Origin: the human T2T-CHM13v2.0 reference genome, Homo sapiens
Strand: one strand, 5' to 3'
Length of the DNA: 64,000 nucleotides
Assembly (NCBI RefSeq): GCF_009914755.1
Contig: NC_060930.1
The notes beneath the pieces are model-generated. The model saw only the letters and a program-made list of their open reading frames with translations. It made no database searches and was not told where the DNA came from. Of the stretch, positions 26,012-39,484 are shown one piece after another (position 1 is the stretch's first letter; each line of letters starts with the position of its first letter). The position numbers were made by a program, and so were the translations under genes.

Positions 26012-26029
26012 TAGTGCCCAACATGGGGC
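26012..26029 (+). promoter_or_regulatory. Degenerate primer-binding site, tRNA-Lys1,2 type
   Basis: TAGTGCCCAACATGGGGC matches TGGCGCCCAACGTGGGGC at 15/18 and lies directly after the LTR. Confidence 0.75.
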
Positions 26030-28215
26030 CTCAGAGAAGACTCAGGACCCTTGAAGGAGTTGCCTGAAACCAGAGCTATGGTGCATGTTGAAAGCTCCTG
26101 CCAACCTCCCCAGTTTCAGCTTCTCCCTGGCTGCAACTGTTGTTAAGTCCTCCTGAGTCCCAGATATCCTGTTTTGGTTGATGGTCCTTGGTTTATTCTG
26201 AGCCTTTGTTTTTTCTACTAGGAAGTTGCTTAAGATCCTAATTTTGGTTTGCAAGTGCATTCTAAAGGGCTTTCTCCATTGCCTTTTCTCCCAAATTAAT
26301 CTCTATTGGCTTATCTGTGTATTTGCATGAGGAAGTGAACTGTCATTTTCATACATAAAAGAGCCTGAGCTCCTCAGCTTCAAAGAGAAAGGGCATTTTA
26401 CTTCTCAAGCTGAAAGGCACCCCTGGGTGACCAGGGCTGAGTGGAAATGTCTGGGGGGATGACCCCCGCCATGACACGCAGCAACCCTACAGGAAATCCC
26501 CCAACAAAACTAGTTTTAAAAGACTCGTCTAGGAAATGCATATAAGAGCTGATCACTCAGTTTTGAGCCCTCTCTGAAGCAATAGCCCTCCAGAAAGAGA
26601 AACTGAGACACGTAAGAGGGCAGAAACGACTCAGTGGTGAAACACTGTGGCATCCCACTGACAAGCAGCACGCATCAATCCACCACATTAAACCCTGGGT
26701 CACAGCACAGTTCCTCCTTTTAAGAAAAAAAAAAGGTGGGAAACAAATCACCTAAGAATGAGGAAAGACAAGAAAAACGACCCCTTTTTAGGCACCCCGT
26801 TGGTTCTACGGAGCCTCTATTTGCAAGTGTTTGTGCCAATGAAAGAGTTCAAGGGCATGCCAGGTTTTCTAGCACTCCCGCTGGTTACACATTAGGTCTG
26901 TTCTTGTTCACATTTAAAACTAATGGGAAATCACATCAAGGAAAATTCAGAGCACAAAGGCTGACCTTCAGCTATAAAGTTCCTAAGTTCTCTATTTTCA
27001 TTTCTGCATGCTGTAAGTCTACTATTACTTTTCTACTGGTGTTGAGATAAAAACCACTCTTTGGATCCAACTTTTTAAAAATTTTCTTGTGAACCAGAGA
27101 GGTTGTATTGATACCTCTCAGCTGAAGTTTGGAAGCAAAAGCTATAGAATCTTTGTATGGGTGTTTGATGTGTTGCAGACACAAGGCACCAAGTTGACCT
27201 AAGTGAAGGAGTACCCATAAATTAAGTAAACAATCCCAGTTGTTTTTCAAGTTCACATGACTTAAATAAAACCTTTAATAAATAAGCTGGCTTTAGAATT
27301 TTTAGTAGAATAATACTACAGATTTTTAAAGAATTGTTGGCATAATTTTTTGTTTGGTTCTATTGATCAAGCAGTTTCATATTTATCTCAGCCAGATATT
27401 ATAAGGGGTCCAAAGTTTGGCAGAAGGGTTCCAAAACTATAAACCTAGCCAAAACCAGAATAATCTCTATGTAAATTTGATAAATAAGACATGCAACATT
27501 GTTAGCGTAATGAAAACAGCTAAATCCTGAGTGTTTGATAAAATATTCTTATATTTAACCTTAAGAATCTTAGGTAAACACCTGAAATTCACAGCCTATA
27601 AAAATTATTAGCAGAGAAATTACTTTAAATGATGACGATCACAGTTTTTATAAATAATCTAGGTAAACTATTTTAAAAAATGAAAATAAATTAATTAGGT
27701 AAATGCTTAGGAATAAATGCTTATAAATAAGCTGGAAATATAATTTAGAATCTAAAGATTAAATTTCAGATATTCATTAAATGTCTGGGTAATTTCCAAT
27801 TTAAAAATTATAGAAAAAAATTTTCTAAAAAATGAAGTTTTGTCTGATTCCAAGGTTGTTTAAAGATTATTTATGAATCAAGGTAAAAGGAATCAGGAAA
27901 TAAGAGCTGTAAAGAAAGTTACAGAAATAAAGAGGTATTTTTGGTTAGAAAAATTAAAATAAAAATAATTTTGTATGAAAAAGAATTTTGTATCATAAAT
28001 TTTTGCCCTAAAATAAAATGACTTGTGTAAGAAAGAGGGATATTTAGAACAAACCAGAAAATCCAAGCCTTTCAGGAACGATCTGTGTAAGTCTTACTAA
28101 GGTTCATATAAAAAAAATTATAAAAAATATTATGTGATTAAGTTGGCCATAATTAAAATGAAATTACAATACTCTTTCTAGAAATGAACTTTGATATTAA
28201 AAATACGTAAATACA

Positions 28216-28512
<297 letters not shown>

Positions 28513-30264
28513 CCACCTGAATACAAAACTAAATAATTAGTTAGAACAAGAATTTCTTTAAATATTGATTGATGTAATGAAATTGCAAGCTTTTAATTTT
28601 TAAATTCTATAACGTTTTTTGAAATTCTTCAAGTTCAACCTCTGCCATGTCCTGCTGCTTCAGCTCTTTCTTTTGAGAAGGCCTGGGATGGCAACTCTCT
28701 CTTTCAACATTTGTTGGCTCCTGTAACATCGTTTATTAATAGTCTAAAGTAAGGGAGATAATTTTTGAAAACAGGCAAATGAAAAATCTTACAAGATCTG
28801 CCTCTGTTTGTCTGTTACTTCTGTATGTTTATATGTGTCATGTGAAAGTGACATTTCATTGCCAAACTATACGAAAGAGTTCTAATCAAATAGCTTAAAG
28901 AAAAGTCACCACTTAGATGAATAGCAGCTACTTCAGGTGCGTTTTAATTCACATGACTTTAGTAATCTTTGGTAAGATTAATTTGGTAAATTTAATCTCA
29001 CAACTCTCTCCAGTAATTTAAAATCTTGAAGTCATGTTATGTTAAATTAAATAATGCCAGGTTTTTCGCTGGGAGTGTGGGTTACTAAGAGTTAGAATAG
29101 TAGAACAGTAAAGTGTGTTGTTGATGAGGTTTATAAAAACATGAAGTTGTGGTTTTGGTAAAGAAAATGTAATTTTTCTAGTTTAGAGGCTGTTTAAGGG
29201 TCAGTTTAAAGTAAAGGAAATGTTGTATAGATAAAACTATATAGATAAAGAGAAAAGATACAAGGGTGGGGAATGAGAAACCTTTTACTCTTGGGTGTCC
29301 GTGTAGTGAACCGTCCTATGCAGCTGAGCTGGGCTGCACTCAGTTACGAAAGGGGAAAGTTACCAGGGGAATTGACAGATGGCTCACACTCCCAGGGAGT
29401 CAGTTCACTGAATACATGAAAAATGCAAACTAATAAAAAAAAAGCAAAACATTTAATTCCTAGGTCATTGTTATCTCTAATAGCTGAAATGAAAATGAAA
29501 GAGAGTGCTGGATTGAGCCTTAAGGCTGGTCCAAGCTCAGATGTGGGTCTGTTTCAGCTCAGGCCACTAAGCTCAAAGCTACCCACAAAAAAAAAAAATT
29601 AAACCAGGGCAACACAAAGTACTTCTGAGTCCTGTAATTACCAAAAAGATAGTCAATGTGGGGGAAGGGGAAACTAACTAACTATTAAGACCAGAGGTTA
29701 TAATATAAAGAAATTGTTCCACCTTGTAGATTGGTGTCATCAGATTCCTGAGAAATCTTTACTAAAATGAATTGTAAAAATAACTACCTGAAGAACAGTA
29801 TCTTCTATTTTAAATGCTACTGAATGAAAGAGCATGTTTTTGTTGATGAAGAACTCACACCTCGCTATTAAACATTTGCTGATGAATATATGTGATCCAA
29901 ACTCAGAGGAGGCTATTCCTGAGGGAATGCCCAGCCTGGTCTTATTGTGGACATGTGTGAGATGAACACTGGTGTGAGAGATGGTCACTCTCCACCAGAA
30001 CTGTCCTCATGCGTGCTGCATTGCAGAGAAGGTACACATGACAGTTGGCCTCAGAGTGGTGGGTGGGCCTGCCTTTTGGACCCCAGAGCAACAGCTGGTG
30101 CAACTCAGCTCCTGTGCCCCATGGGCTCAGCTGCCAGCCACCCTTCCTGGGCTACGTTTTTTTTTTTTAACTAGAAACCCCTCATTCAAGCATGCATAAA
30201 AAATTGTCTAATACTGAAATACTAGAAACTAATTCAAAAACATTTAAACTCTGCCTGCACCAAC

Positions 30265-30298
30265 AGTAGACATTCACTTGCTATGTAAACTTGGGTCA

Positions 30299-30329
<31 letters not shown>

Positions 30330-30680
30330 GAGACGGAATCTCGCTCTGTCACCCAGGGTGGAGTGCAGTGGCACGATCTTGGCTCACTGCAACCTCCGCC
30401 TCCTGGGTGATTCTCTTGCCTCAGCCGCCTGAGTAGCTGGGACTACAGGTGCGTGCGACCACACCTGGCTAATTTTTTGTATTTTTAGTAGAGATGGGGG
30501 TTTCACCATGTTAGCCAGGATAGTCTCGATCTCCTGACCTTGTGATCCAACTGCCTTGGCCTCCCAAAGTGCTGGGATTACAGGTGTGAGCTACTGCGCC
30601 CAGACAATTTGAGGCAGTTTTCTAATCTCTACTAGTCTTAGATTCCTCATTTATAAAATTAAAATAATAATGTAAAATAT
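30265..30680 (+). mobile_element. MIR split by an Alu
   Basis: CACTTGCTATGTAAACTTGGGTCAGTT / AATCTCT..CTTAGATTCCTCATTTATAAAAT. Confidence 0.65.
30301..30605 (-). mobile_element. Alu (AluS/Sc-like)
   Basis: Antisense dimer with small deletion; degenerate TSD ..CAGTTTTCT on both sides. Confidence 0.95.
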
Positions 30681-30722
30681 TGTGTGCATGCATAGTGTTA
30701 CACCCAATAACTAGAAAAATAC

Positions 30723-31510
30723 TGATAGGCACAGGATGCAGAGAAATTCTAGGCAGAAAAGGACAGGGTCTCTGGCAATGGTCCCACCTTCCAGCCTGGA
30801 ACTGCTGCCCAAAGAGAGAACTTTACATCTCTGTTTTTCCCACTCAAATGATGCCTTTTTAAAAACCATCCATGGCCTGCCTCTACCCCACATCCTGTGC
30901 CCCTGACCTGACTGGCAGAGGGCAGAGAGAAGGAGGGAAGAGAAAAAGCAGCCAGACATCGAAGAGCAGCAGCTTGACTTTTGAGGGATGGCTTGACAGC
31001 AGGACTTCAGAGAAGAGTCTGCCTGGAGATGGCCAGACTCCAGGGGAAGATCACCTTCCTGCCCCATCCCCCTTTCAGCTCCCCTTCCCACTGCAAGCTG
31101 CTTTCATCAGCAATAAAATCCTCTGCATTCACCACCATTCGATTTGTTCGTGCAACCTCATTCCTCCTGGACATCAGACAAGGACTTGGGTGTGGGTGCA
31201 AAAGGCTGTCACACTGATCTTCTACTGAGCTGTTAACACTTAAGCCATCTGCAGACAGCAAAGATAAAACAGCACACTGTAACGTATGCCCTTTTAGGCT
31301 TCAAGGTTCGTGGGTACATACCCCCTAGATGTTACCACCAGGGTGCATGGAGTTTTGGTCCTGTCAGTGTCCAAAAGTGCTTGCTGCAGCTTTTGCACCT
31401 GCTCACCTGCACGCTCCCTCTCCCACAGGGGGTTGAGAGCTGTAGGCCAAGTAAATGAGGCACCCCTGTCTCGAGGCCCGTGAAGTGGTCGAGGAAAATT
31501 TTGCATTTCA
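30723..31510 (+). mobile_element. 5' LTR of class I ERV (LTR1/LTR27/LTR28/MER52 group)
   Basis: TGATAGG..GCAGAGAAATTCTAGGCAGAAAAGG..TTTCA; AATAAA 31112-31117; homologous to 38292-43101. Confidence 0.9.
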
Positions 31511-31512
31511 TC

Positions 31513-31530
31513 TGGGGGCTTTCCCAGGGT
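31513..31530 (+). promoter_or_regulatory. Degenerate tRNA-Pro primer-binding site
   Basis: TGGGGGCTTTCCCAGGGT vs TGGGGGCTCGTCCGGGAT, 2 nt after the LTR end. Confidence 0.7.
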
Positions 31531-32963
31531 ACGTTGCAAGGGTGAGTAAATGCAGATTTGCCCTATCTGTTTCTTTCTGTCTTCAGACTTTCCTCTGAAC
31601 TAAGCACTTGAAGGGGACAGGAAGCAACTGTACCCTCTCTCTGTTTCTTTCAGGTGAAAGGAATGTTGGCTCTGTTTCCCCTCATGAAAGTGGAGCCATT
31701 GCATGGGACTGGAATAAAGTTCTGGGGCAACTGAAGGCATCTGGCCAATGCCACTCCTTGGTGCTGCCAGAAGGCCACATGACTGAACCTGGTCCCCAAC
31801 CACCTGTTAAGGTTCAGCCAAGACCCCCAGACTTTTCTATGGTATCTTTCCTTCCTTCTTTCATGGTTTGAAATGGCTCCTATCTCTTCTTTTATAGTGT
31901 TAAGGGTTTTGCTGCAAACTGCTGACATGTTACTAAGTACAGTGAGAGACTGGCCCAGCCATCAGGTAGCAATTCAGATCAATATGATTTCCGTCTGTTT
32001 TTAGCAGTTCCATCCCCACTCCACCCCCACAGTTGCAGGTACATGCTGTGCACAGTGGCTCCCCTCCCGGCTGGAGGGCCTGGGCATGTCCACTGCATGC
32101 ATGTGTCGTGCCCAGTGGCCAAGCCAGGTGAGAGTGGGAGTGAGCTATGCATGACACCCGGGCCCCAGGGCAGCCTCAGGGGCCAGGGACCCTGTACAGC
32201 CAGCTGGCCAGTGCTTCCTGCTCGCCATCCCCTCCTGCCATACACCCACAGAGCCTTTCTTCCCCTGGCCAAGGAGTTCAGCTTGGTCCAAACTGGGGGA
32301 GAGATGCAGTGATTAAAGGAACCCGTTTGCAGAAAGCAAGAGTTCCCCCCTCTTAAACCTCTTTTTTCTTTCCTTTTCAATGCGAGAGGGTTCTTCTCCT
32401 ACCTCAACACTCTGCTTATAACAGGGAGGCAACAAAGGAGTGACACCACCGACTATGAACTGCAAGTTTGGCAAAACCAGTGTGAGAATTAATCTAAATG
32501 GACCCACGCATCCCCTGAGACACCTTTTTGGCCCAAATTTGATTCCAAGCTTCTAGTTGAAGCCCTAGAAGGAAAACCAGATTGGAGAAATCCAAGGCAA
32601 GGTAACAGGCACAGTATAAATGGGCAGGACTATTTCCTGATGATTAAGCCCCTGCTTCATGGGAGGAGGCCATGCTCCATGGCATAGATGGGGCCCAGGT
32701 AACCCAAAGGTTGCTGACAGTAGGAGGGATGAAGGCATAGGTGAGTGTAGACAACTCCTACTCTCTAGGCCCTCCCTGCCTAATGGGTGCTGGCCGCAAT
32801 GGCACCCACGGATGGTGTCCATCTAAGGTCACTGAGTCTTGGGGATAAAAAAAAAAAAACAGAAGAGAAAAGGGGGATGTCCACATTCTCTCTCCCTCAC
32901 ACCCCAAGTTTTTGCTGAAAGGAGCAAAGGAAACGAGGGACACCTATCTCCCTATCTTTGAGA

Positions 32964-34442
32964 ATGGGCAACCAGCTATCTTCATCACCCCCCGTCTATA
33001 CTCCCTGGAGTGGATCCTCAATCACTGAGACTGCTTTGACCCTCAGACTCTGGAGGAAAAATTCCTCATAGCCTTCTGCACATAGATTTGGCTGAATTAT
33101 GATCTGTGGGAAGGGCTAGCTTGGCCTCAGGAAGGAAGCATTCATTTCAATACCAACCTACAGTTAGACCTTTTCTGTAAACCTGAGGATGACAAGTGGT
33201 CTGAGGCCCCATACGTGCAGGCTTTCTATACCTTGCAGGGTAATCCAGACCTTTGCTGACAGTTTAGGACTGACCCAGCCCTTCTGTTTGCCATCTCAGG
33301 AGAGGCTGCAAGGGGCAATCCCAGGGAACTAAAGAAATTAACCCTAGAGGCCCCTCCAGCAGAGGAGCCAGCTCCCTCTGGCCCTGTTCTTCTGGTCCAC
33401 CCCATCCTCCCTATCCAGCTTCTCTCTCTCAATTGCCCCCACCTAGAAATCCTCACCCTAGATAAGCCCCAGTCTCACTCTTGCCCTTCCAACAGATGCC
33501 TGGCGAGTTTGGCCCCAGTAAGTTCCAGGTCCCCTCTCTCTACAGGACTGAAGGCAAATGAAGGGGGATCTGGCAAGTTTTAAGATGACCCTGACAGATA
33601 TATAGAGGCTTTCCAGAATTTAACCTCAGTATTTGAACACTTCTGGAAAGACATTATGTTACTTTTGAATCAAACCCTGACTAACAGTGGAGAAGCAGAC
33701 TGCTCTGCAAGTGGTAAAGGAATTTGGGGAAGAGCTTTGTATCACATGTAGTGCCAGGGAAGGAGTCAAACTTTATCCAAATGGAAGAGAAGCAGTACCA
33801 GTGGATGACCCTAAATGGCATCCCAAAGGCCTGATGGGAGAATGGAAGAGGAGATACTTTCAAGTGTGTATAATGGAGGGCTTACATAGTACTAGGACCA
33901 AGCCTCTCAATTATAGCAACCTATCTATGAGAGACAAGATATTTGACGAGAATCCCACTACCTTCCTGGGAAAGGCTAAGAGAGGCCTTGGTAAAGTACC
34001 TCTCTATCTACTGATTCAGTTGAGAGGCAACTAATCCTAAAAGATAAATTTATTATTTAGGCGGCCCCTGATATTAGGAGAAAGCTGTGAAACAGGCCCT
34101 TGGACCAGATAGTACTTTAGAAAACCTCCTGAAAGTGGCCACCTCAGTCTTTTATAATAGAGATAGGGAGGCCCAGGAGAGAGAGAGAGGAAACACAGGA
34201 AAGAGGCAGAGGACTTAATGGTCACCATGCAAGCCCACAAACCCCAGAACTCCCAAGGTGCACCTGTTAACTGCTACAGATGTGGTAAGCTGGGGCATTT
34301 TAAGGATTGCCTAGGCAGCATGAGGAAGCCACTCCAACCCTGTCCAATCTGCAATGGGGACCACTGGAAGGTTGACTGTCCCCAGGGACACTGGTCACTG
34401 GATCCAGAACCAATCTCCCAAATGGTCCAGCAGCAGAACTGA
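32964..34442 (+). pseudogene. gag: ERV1 gag remnant (HERV9/W-like group)
   Basis: Starts MGNQLSS; capsid text (DDPDRYIEAFQNL); two zinc knuckles CYRCGKLGHFKDC and CPICNGDHWKVDC; stop at 34440-34442; multiple stops and frameshifts. Confidence 0.88.
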
Positions 34443-37400
34443 TGGGTCCTGGGGCTCCTCTCCCCAGCTCCAGTGGTCCAGACCACCATTACCATCCAGG
34501 AGCCCTAGGTAATTCTGGAATTCGAAGAGAGGAAAGTGGACTTCCTTTTGGACACTGGGGCTGGTCTCTTGGTTCTCCTCTCCAATCCAGACCCCCTCTC
34601 CTCCATTAGCACAACCATGAGGGGTGTCTCAGGAAAGCCTTTAACCCATTTTTTTTCCAAGCTCTTAGTTGTAGTTGGGGAGATCTCTTGTTCACCCGTG
34701 ACTTTCTAATTGCCTGAAAGCCCAACTCCTCTGTTGAGCAGGGATATTCTGGCCCATATTGGGACCACCATTCTGATGGCCCAGGACAAACTCTTTGTCT
34801 CCCCCTAGAGGAAACCAATACTAACCCAGAAGTTTGAGCAATTCAAGGGAAGATTGGCCAAGCCACAACCACCATACCTGTGTGGGCCCACCTTAAAGAT
34901 CCCTCCTCCAATCATAACCAGAAACAATATCCCCTGAAATCAGAAGTTAGGAAAGGACTCGAAGCCGTCATTGATAACTTAAGTTTGCAGGGCCTCCTCA
35001 AACCCTGCAACATCCCTTGTAATATCCCCATACTGGGGGTACAAAAACCCAGCAGGGAATGGAGGCTACTTTGGGACCTCTGCCTCATTTCACCTGGTGG
35101 TTCCCAATGCATATACTCTGCTAGCTCAAATACCTGAGGGAACTAAATGGTTCAGAGTCATGGATCTAAAGGATGCCTTCTTCTGCATACCATTACACCC
35201 CAACTCTCAGTATTTATTTGCATTTGAGGATCCCTCTAACCAAATCACCCAGTTAACCTGGACAGTGTTACCTCAGGGATTCTGAGATGGCCCCCACTTG
35301 TTTGGACAGACACTGTCAAGGGACCTCTCTGAGTTCCTTTATCCTCAGGTTAAACTTTTATAATATGTAGATGACATTCTCCTCTGTGCTCTGAGGAAAT
35401 CTCTCAGGAGGGCAGTAAGGCTCTTTTTAATTTTTGGCTAACAGAGGATATAAGGTTTAAAAAAATCTAAAGCTCAGTTCTGCCAGCTTCAGTGAAGTAC
35501 CTAGGCCTGGTCTTGTCAGAGGGAACCAAAGCATTCAGTGAAAAAAGGATTAAGGCCATCTCTTCCTTTCCCCTCGCCACAACCTTCAAGCAACTAAGGG
35601 GATTCTTAGGCATTACAGCATTTTGCAGACTATGGATACCTGGGTATGGTGAAATAGCTCAGCCCTTATACCACCTAATAAAGGAGACTCAGACAGCTAA
35701 AACTCACTGTCTAATTTGGGAACCAGAGGCTAGAAAGGCCTTTGACCAACTAAAACAAGCCTTGCTTAAGGGAGCCCTTGGTCTCCCCATAGGGAAGATG
35801 TTCAATCTTTAGTGTTAGAAAGAAAAGGAATGGCACTGGGAGTTCTAACACGGGCCCACAGTCCAGCCCAGCAGCCTGTAGGCTACCTAAGTAAGGAGCT
35901 TGATTTGGTAGCTAAAAGATGGCCAGCCTGCCTCTGGGTGGTTTCAGCTGTAGCCTTGCTGGTATCAGCGGCTACTAAGTTAACCATGGGATATAACTTC
36001 ACTGCTTACATTCCACATAATGTGGCAGGACTGCTGTCTTCTAAGAAGAGTCTCTGGCTAATGGACAACGATCTCCTCAGATATCAAGCTCTGCTATTAG
36101 AGGAATCTGCAGTCCAATTAAGAACCTGTCCCTTCCTAAATCCAGCCGACTTCCTCCCTCCCTTGAGGGAGAATCTCAAGGAAACTCCCTTAGAGAACCC
36201 AGACTGGATTCTCTTTAGGGACAGAAGTTGTTTTGTAGAACAAGGGACATATAAAGTAGGGTATGCAATAGTTACCCTGAGTGATACTGCTGAGAGCACA
36301 CCTCTCTCCTCCGGCACAAGTGCTCAATTAGCCGAACTAATTGCCCTCATCGAGGGGCTTGCATTAAGCAAAGGGAAAGAAGTTAACATTTATACTGATT
36401 CTAAGTACAATTTCCTAATCCTCCATGCCCATGCCACTATCTGGAAAGAGAGAAACTTCCTCACAGCTAATGGGTCTCCCATTAAATGCCATTAGAAAAT
36501 TAATAGACTATTATCCTTGGTTTTCCTCCCATGGGAAGTGACAGTAATACATTGTAAAGGCCACTGAAAAAGAATGGATGAAGTGGCTGAGGGAAATAGG
36601 TTGACAGACCAAGCAGCTAAATCAGCAGCAAGGGGGCCCCAGGTCTCTGACCCACTTGAAGGTCCACTCATCTGAGAGGGCCCAATCAGGGAAATAAAAC
36701 CTCAATAGTCTGCTGCAGAAATAGAATGGGCCACCTCTCATGGATACACCGTTTAGTCTTCCAGGTGGCTACAATTGAAGGACAGCAAGTCTCATCTACT
36801 AGCTGCCAACCAACGGAAAGTTCTTAAAAGCCTTCCTCAGGCCTTCCACTAGGTAAGAAAAAAACCTAAATTGGTCCAGAGATTGTTCTCAGGTAAAAAC
36901 CTGATACAAATGGTTAAACAAGCTGTTAATGCTTGTGAGGCTTGCCTTAAAAATAATCCTCTCAAGTGATGGCTTCTTCCCCCAGGAACCCAAAAGATAG
37001 GAGGCTACCCAGTGGAAGACTGGCAGATGGATTTCACCCACATGTCAAAGGCAAGGGGCATCCAATATCTCTCAGTATGGATAGATACCTTCACTAACTG
37101 GGTAGAAGCATTTCCATGTTGAACAGAGAAAGCCTCTGAGGTGATAAAAGTACTAATCAATAACATAATTCCTCATTTTAGACTTTCTAAGTACCTCCAG
37201 AGTAATAATGGCCCCTTGTTCAAGGTGGCTGTCACCCAGGGGGTCTCAAAGGCACTAGGCATACAGTACCATTTTCATTGTGCTTGGAGACCACAATTCT
37301 CAGGAAAGGTGAAAAAGACAAATGGTATTATCAAAAGGCACACCAGGAAACTGTCTCAGGAGACTTATGTCCACTGGACTACCCTTCTCTACATAGCCCT

Positions 37401-37856
37401 ACTATGTATTAGAAACACCCCTTCAAAGCTGGGTGTAAGTGTCTTTGAAATGATGTATGGACAGCCTTTTCTCAGCAATGATTTCTTGCTAGACCAAGAA
37501 ACTTCTGATTTTATTAAACACATTACTTTTTTAGCTCATTTCCAACAGGAACTAAAATATCTGTCAGAGGCCCAATCCCATGAACCAGAGCCACTTCTAT
37601 TCAACCCAGGAGACCTGGTGCTGCTAAAGGTACTACCTTCCCTTTAATCTTCTCTAAGCTCAGATTGGAAGGAACCTTACACTACTTCTTTCTACTCCTA
37701 CTACAGTGAGGGTCACTGGAATAGACTCTTGGATTCATTATACCCAAGTAAAGGCCTGGGAGGCCAATGGAGTTACCTCCATCGACCCAGAAGAGCACCC
37801 AAAGTACCAGTGTGAAGAGATTGGTGATCTCAAGCTAAAAACCACAAAAGATTAGT
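34443..37856 (+). pseudogene. pol: ERV1 pro-pol remnant (protease, RT, RNase H, integrase)
   Basis: FLLDTGA (~34542); [10 protein letters not shown]; WTVLPQGF; YVDD at 35364-35375; QLRGFLGITAFCR; SAQLAELIAL, NIYTDSKY; integrase WQMDFTHM, AWRPQFSGKV; disrupted. Confidence 0.93.
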
Positions 37857-38039
37857 GTTCACAATTCATCTTCCATGGATATCCTCTGTAGTCTTGCCAA
37901 TGTTTGCTGTTTTTACCTTTGTTCTGCTCTATATCATGGGGTACACTGCTGTTTTCAGAATGTTTACCACATTTCACTTGTTATTTCTGTAATCTTCGAC
38001 ACTAAATTCTTTCCTTTTAACCCCTTTTTGTATAATACA

Positions 38040-38130
38040 TATATTTGATCCTGCATACTTAACCTTGTAGAACTTGTTTCTTCTTGCCTAGAGTCCATCA
38101 AACTCCAAACTGTCAGGCAACCAAAGCTTT
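38040..38130 (+). pseudogene. Short env C-terminal remnant; most of env absent
   Basis: Reads like ..CILNLVELVSSCLESIKLQ, similar to the gamma-type Env cytoplasmic tail, just upstream of the polypurine tract (~38275-38291). Confidence 0.6.
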
Positions 38131-38590
38131 AGATGATTTTTGCCAGGGACCCTTAGGTAGACCTCTGGGAGGAATCTGACTGCCATTCTCCCCAAAACAA
38201 TGCCCACTGTCAGCAGAAAGTAGCTAAGACTGCTCATCATCTATATTCTAATTGCAGTTTGATGTGACTCTTCGGTGTGGGGGTAGGGGGACGATAGGAA
38301 CAGAAAGCAGAGAAATTCTAGGCAGAAAAGGGTGGGGTCCCTGGCCATGGCCCCACCCTCAATCTTGTTACTGTGGCCCAGTGAGAACATTACATCCCTG
38401 TTTTCCTGCTCAAATTGTGCCTTTTCCAAAATCATCCATGGCCCACCCCACTCCCCATTCTGTACCCATTAAAACTCCTGACCTGACTGGCAGAGGGCAG
38501 AGAGAAGGAGAGAAGAAAAGAAGAAGCCATACATCAGAGAGAAGCAGCTTGATTTCGGAGGGATGGCTTGATGGTAGGACTTTAGAGAAG

Positions 38591-38773
38591 AGTCTAGCTA
38601 GAGACAGCCGAACTCCAGGGGAACATCACCCTCCCACCCCATCCCCCTTCCAGTCTAGCTAGAGACGGCCGAACTCCAGGGGAACGTCACCCTCCCACCC
38701 CATCCCCCTTCCAGTCTAGCTAGAGACGGCCAAACTCCAGGGGAACGTCACCCTCCCACCCCATCCCCCTTCC
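38591..38773. repeat. 61-bp tandem triplication within the 3' LTR
   Basis: AGTCTAGCTAGAGAC.. starts at 38591, 38652 and 38713; single counterpart in the 5' LTR at ~31016-31078. Confidence 0.96.
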
Positions 38774-39116
38774 AGCTTTCTTTCCCACTGAGAGCCAGTC
38801 TCATCAGCAATAAAATCCTCCGCATTCATCACCACTCAATTTGTTTCTGCGACCTCAATCCTCCTGGACACTGAAAAAGGACTCAGGTATGGGTTCAAAA
38901 GGCAGTCACACTGACCCTATGCTGAGCTATTAACACTTAAGCCATCCATAGATGGCAAAGCTAAAAGAGTGCATTGTAACACACACCCTCTAGGGCTTCA
39001 GGGATTGTGGGTACCCCCCCAGACACTGCTGCAGGGCCACACGAAGTTTTGCTCCCACTGGCATCCAAAAGTGCTCGCTCTGGCTCCTGCACCCATTCAC
39101 CTGTGTGCACACCCTC

Positions 39117-39484
39117 TGATATGATTTGGCTCCGTGTCCTTACCCAAATCTCGTCGTGTAACTCCCATAATTCTCTTGTGTTGTGGGAGGGACCGGGTGA
39201 GAGACGACTGAATCATAGGGGCAGGTCTTTCCTCTGATGTTCTTGCCATAGTGAATGGGTCTCATGAGATCTGATACCTTTAAAAACAAGAGTTTCTCTG
39301 CACAAACTCTCTTTTTTGCCTGCCACCATCCACGTAAGATGTGACTTGCTCCTCCTTGCCTTCTGCCAGGATGTGAGGCCTCCCCAAGCCATGTGGAACT
39401 GTAAGTCCGATTAAACCTCCTTCTTTTGTAAATTGCCCGGTCTTGGGTATGTCTTTACCTGCAGTGTGAAAATGGACCAAAACA
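39117..39484 (+). mobile_element. THE1 solo LTR (THE1B-like) nested in the ERV 3' LTR
   Basis: TGATATGATTTGGC..GGACCAAAACA; perfect 5-bp TSD CCCTC at 39112-39116 and 39485-39489. Confidence 0.96.

Noticed and set aside
32964-37856. Functional or domesticated gag/pol
   Set aside because: Many stops and frameshifts, including a stop right after LPQGF and just before YVDD; longest piece is 227 codons
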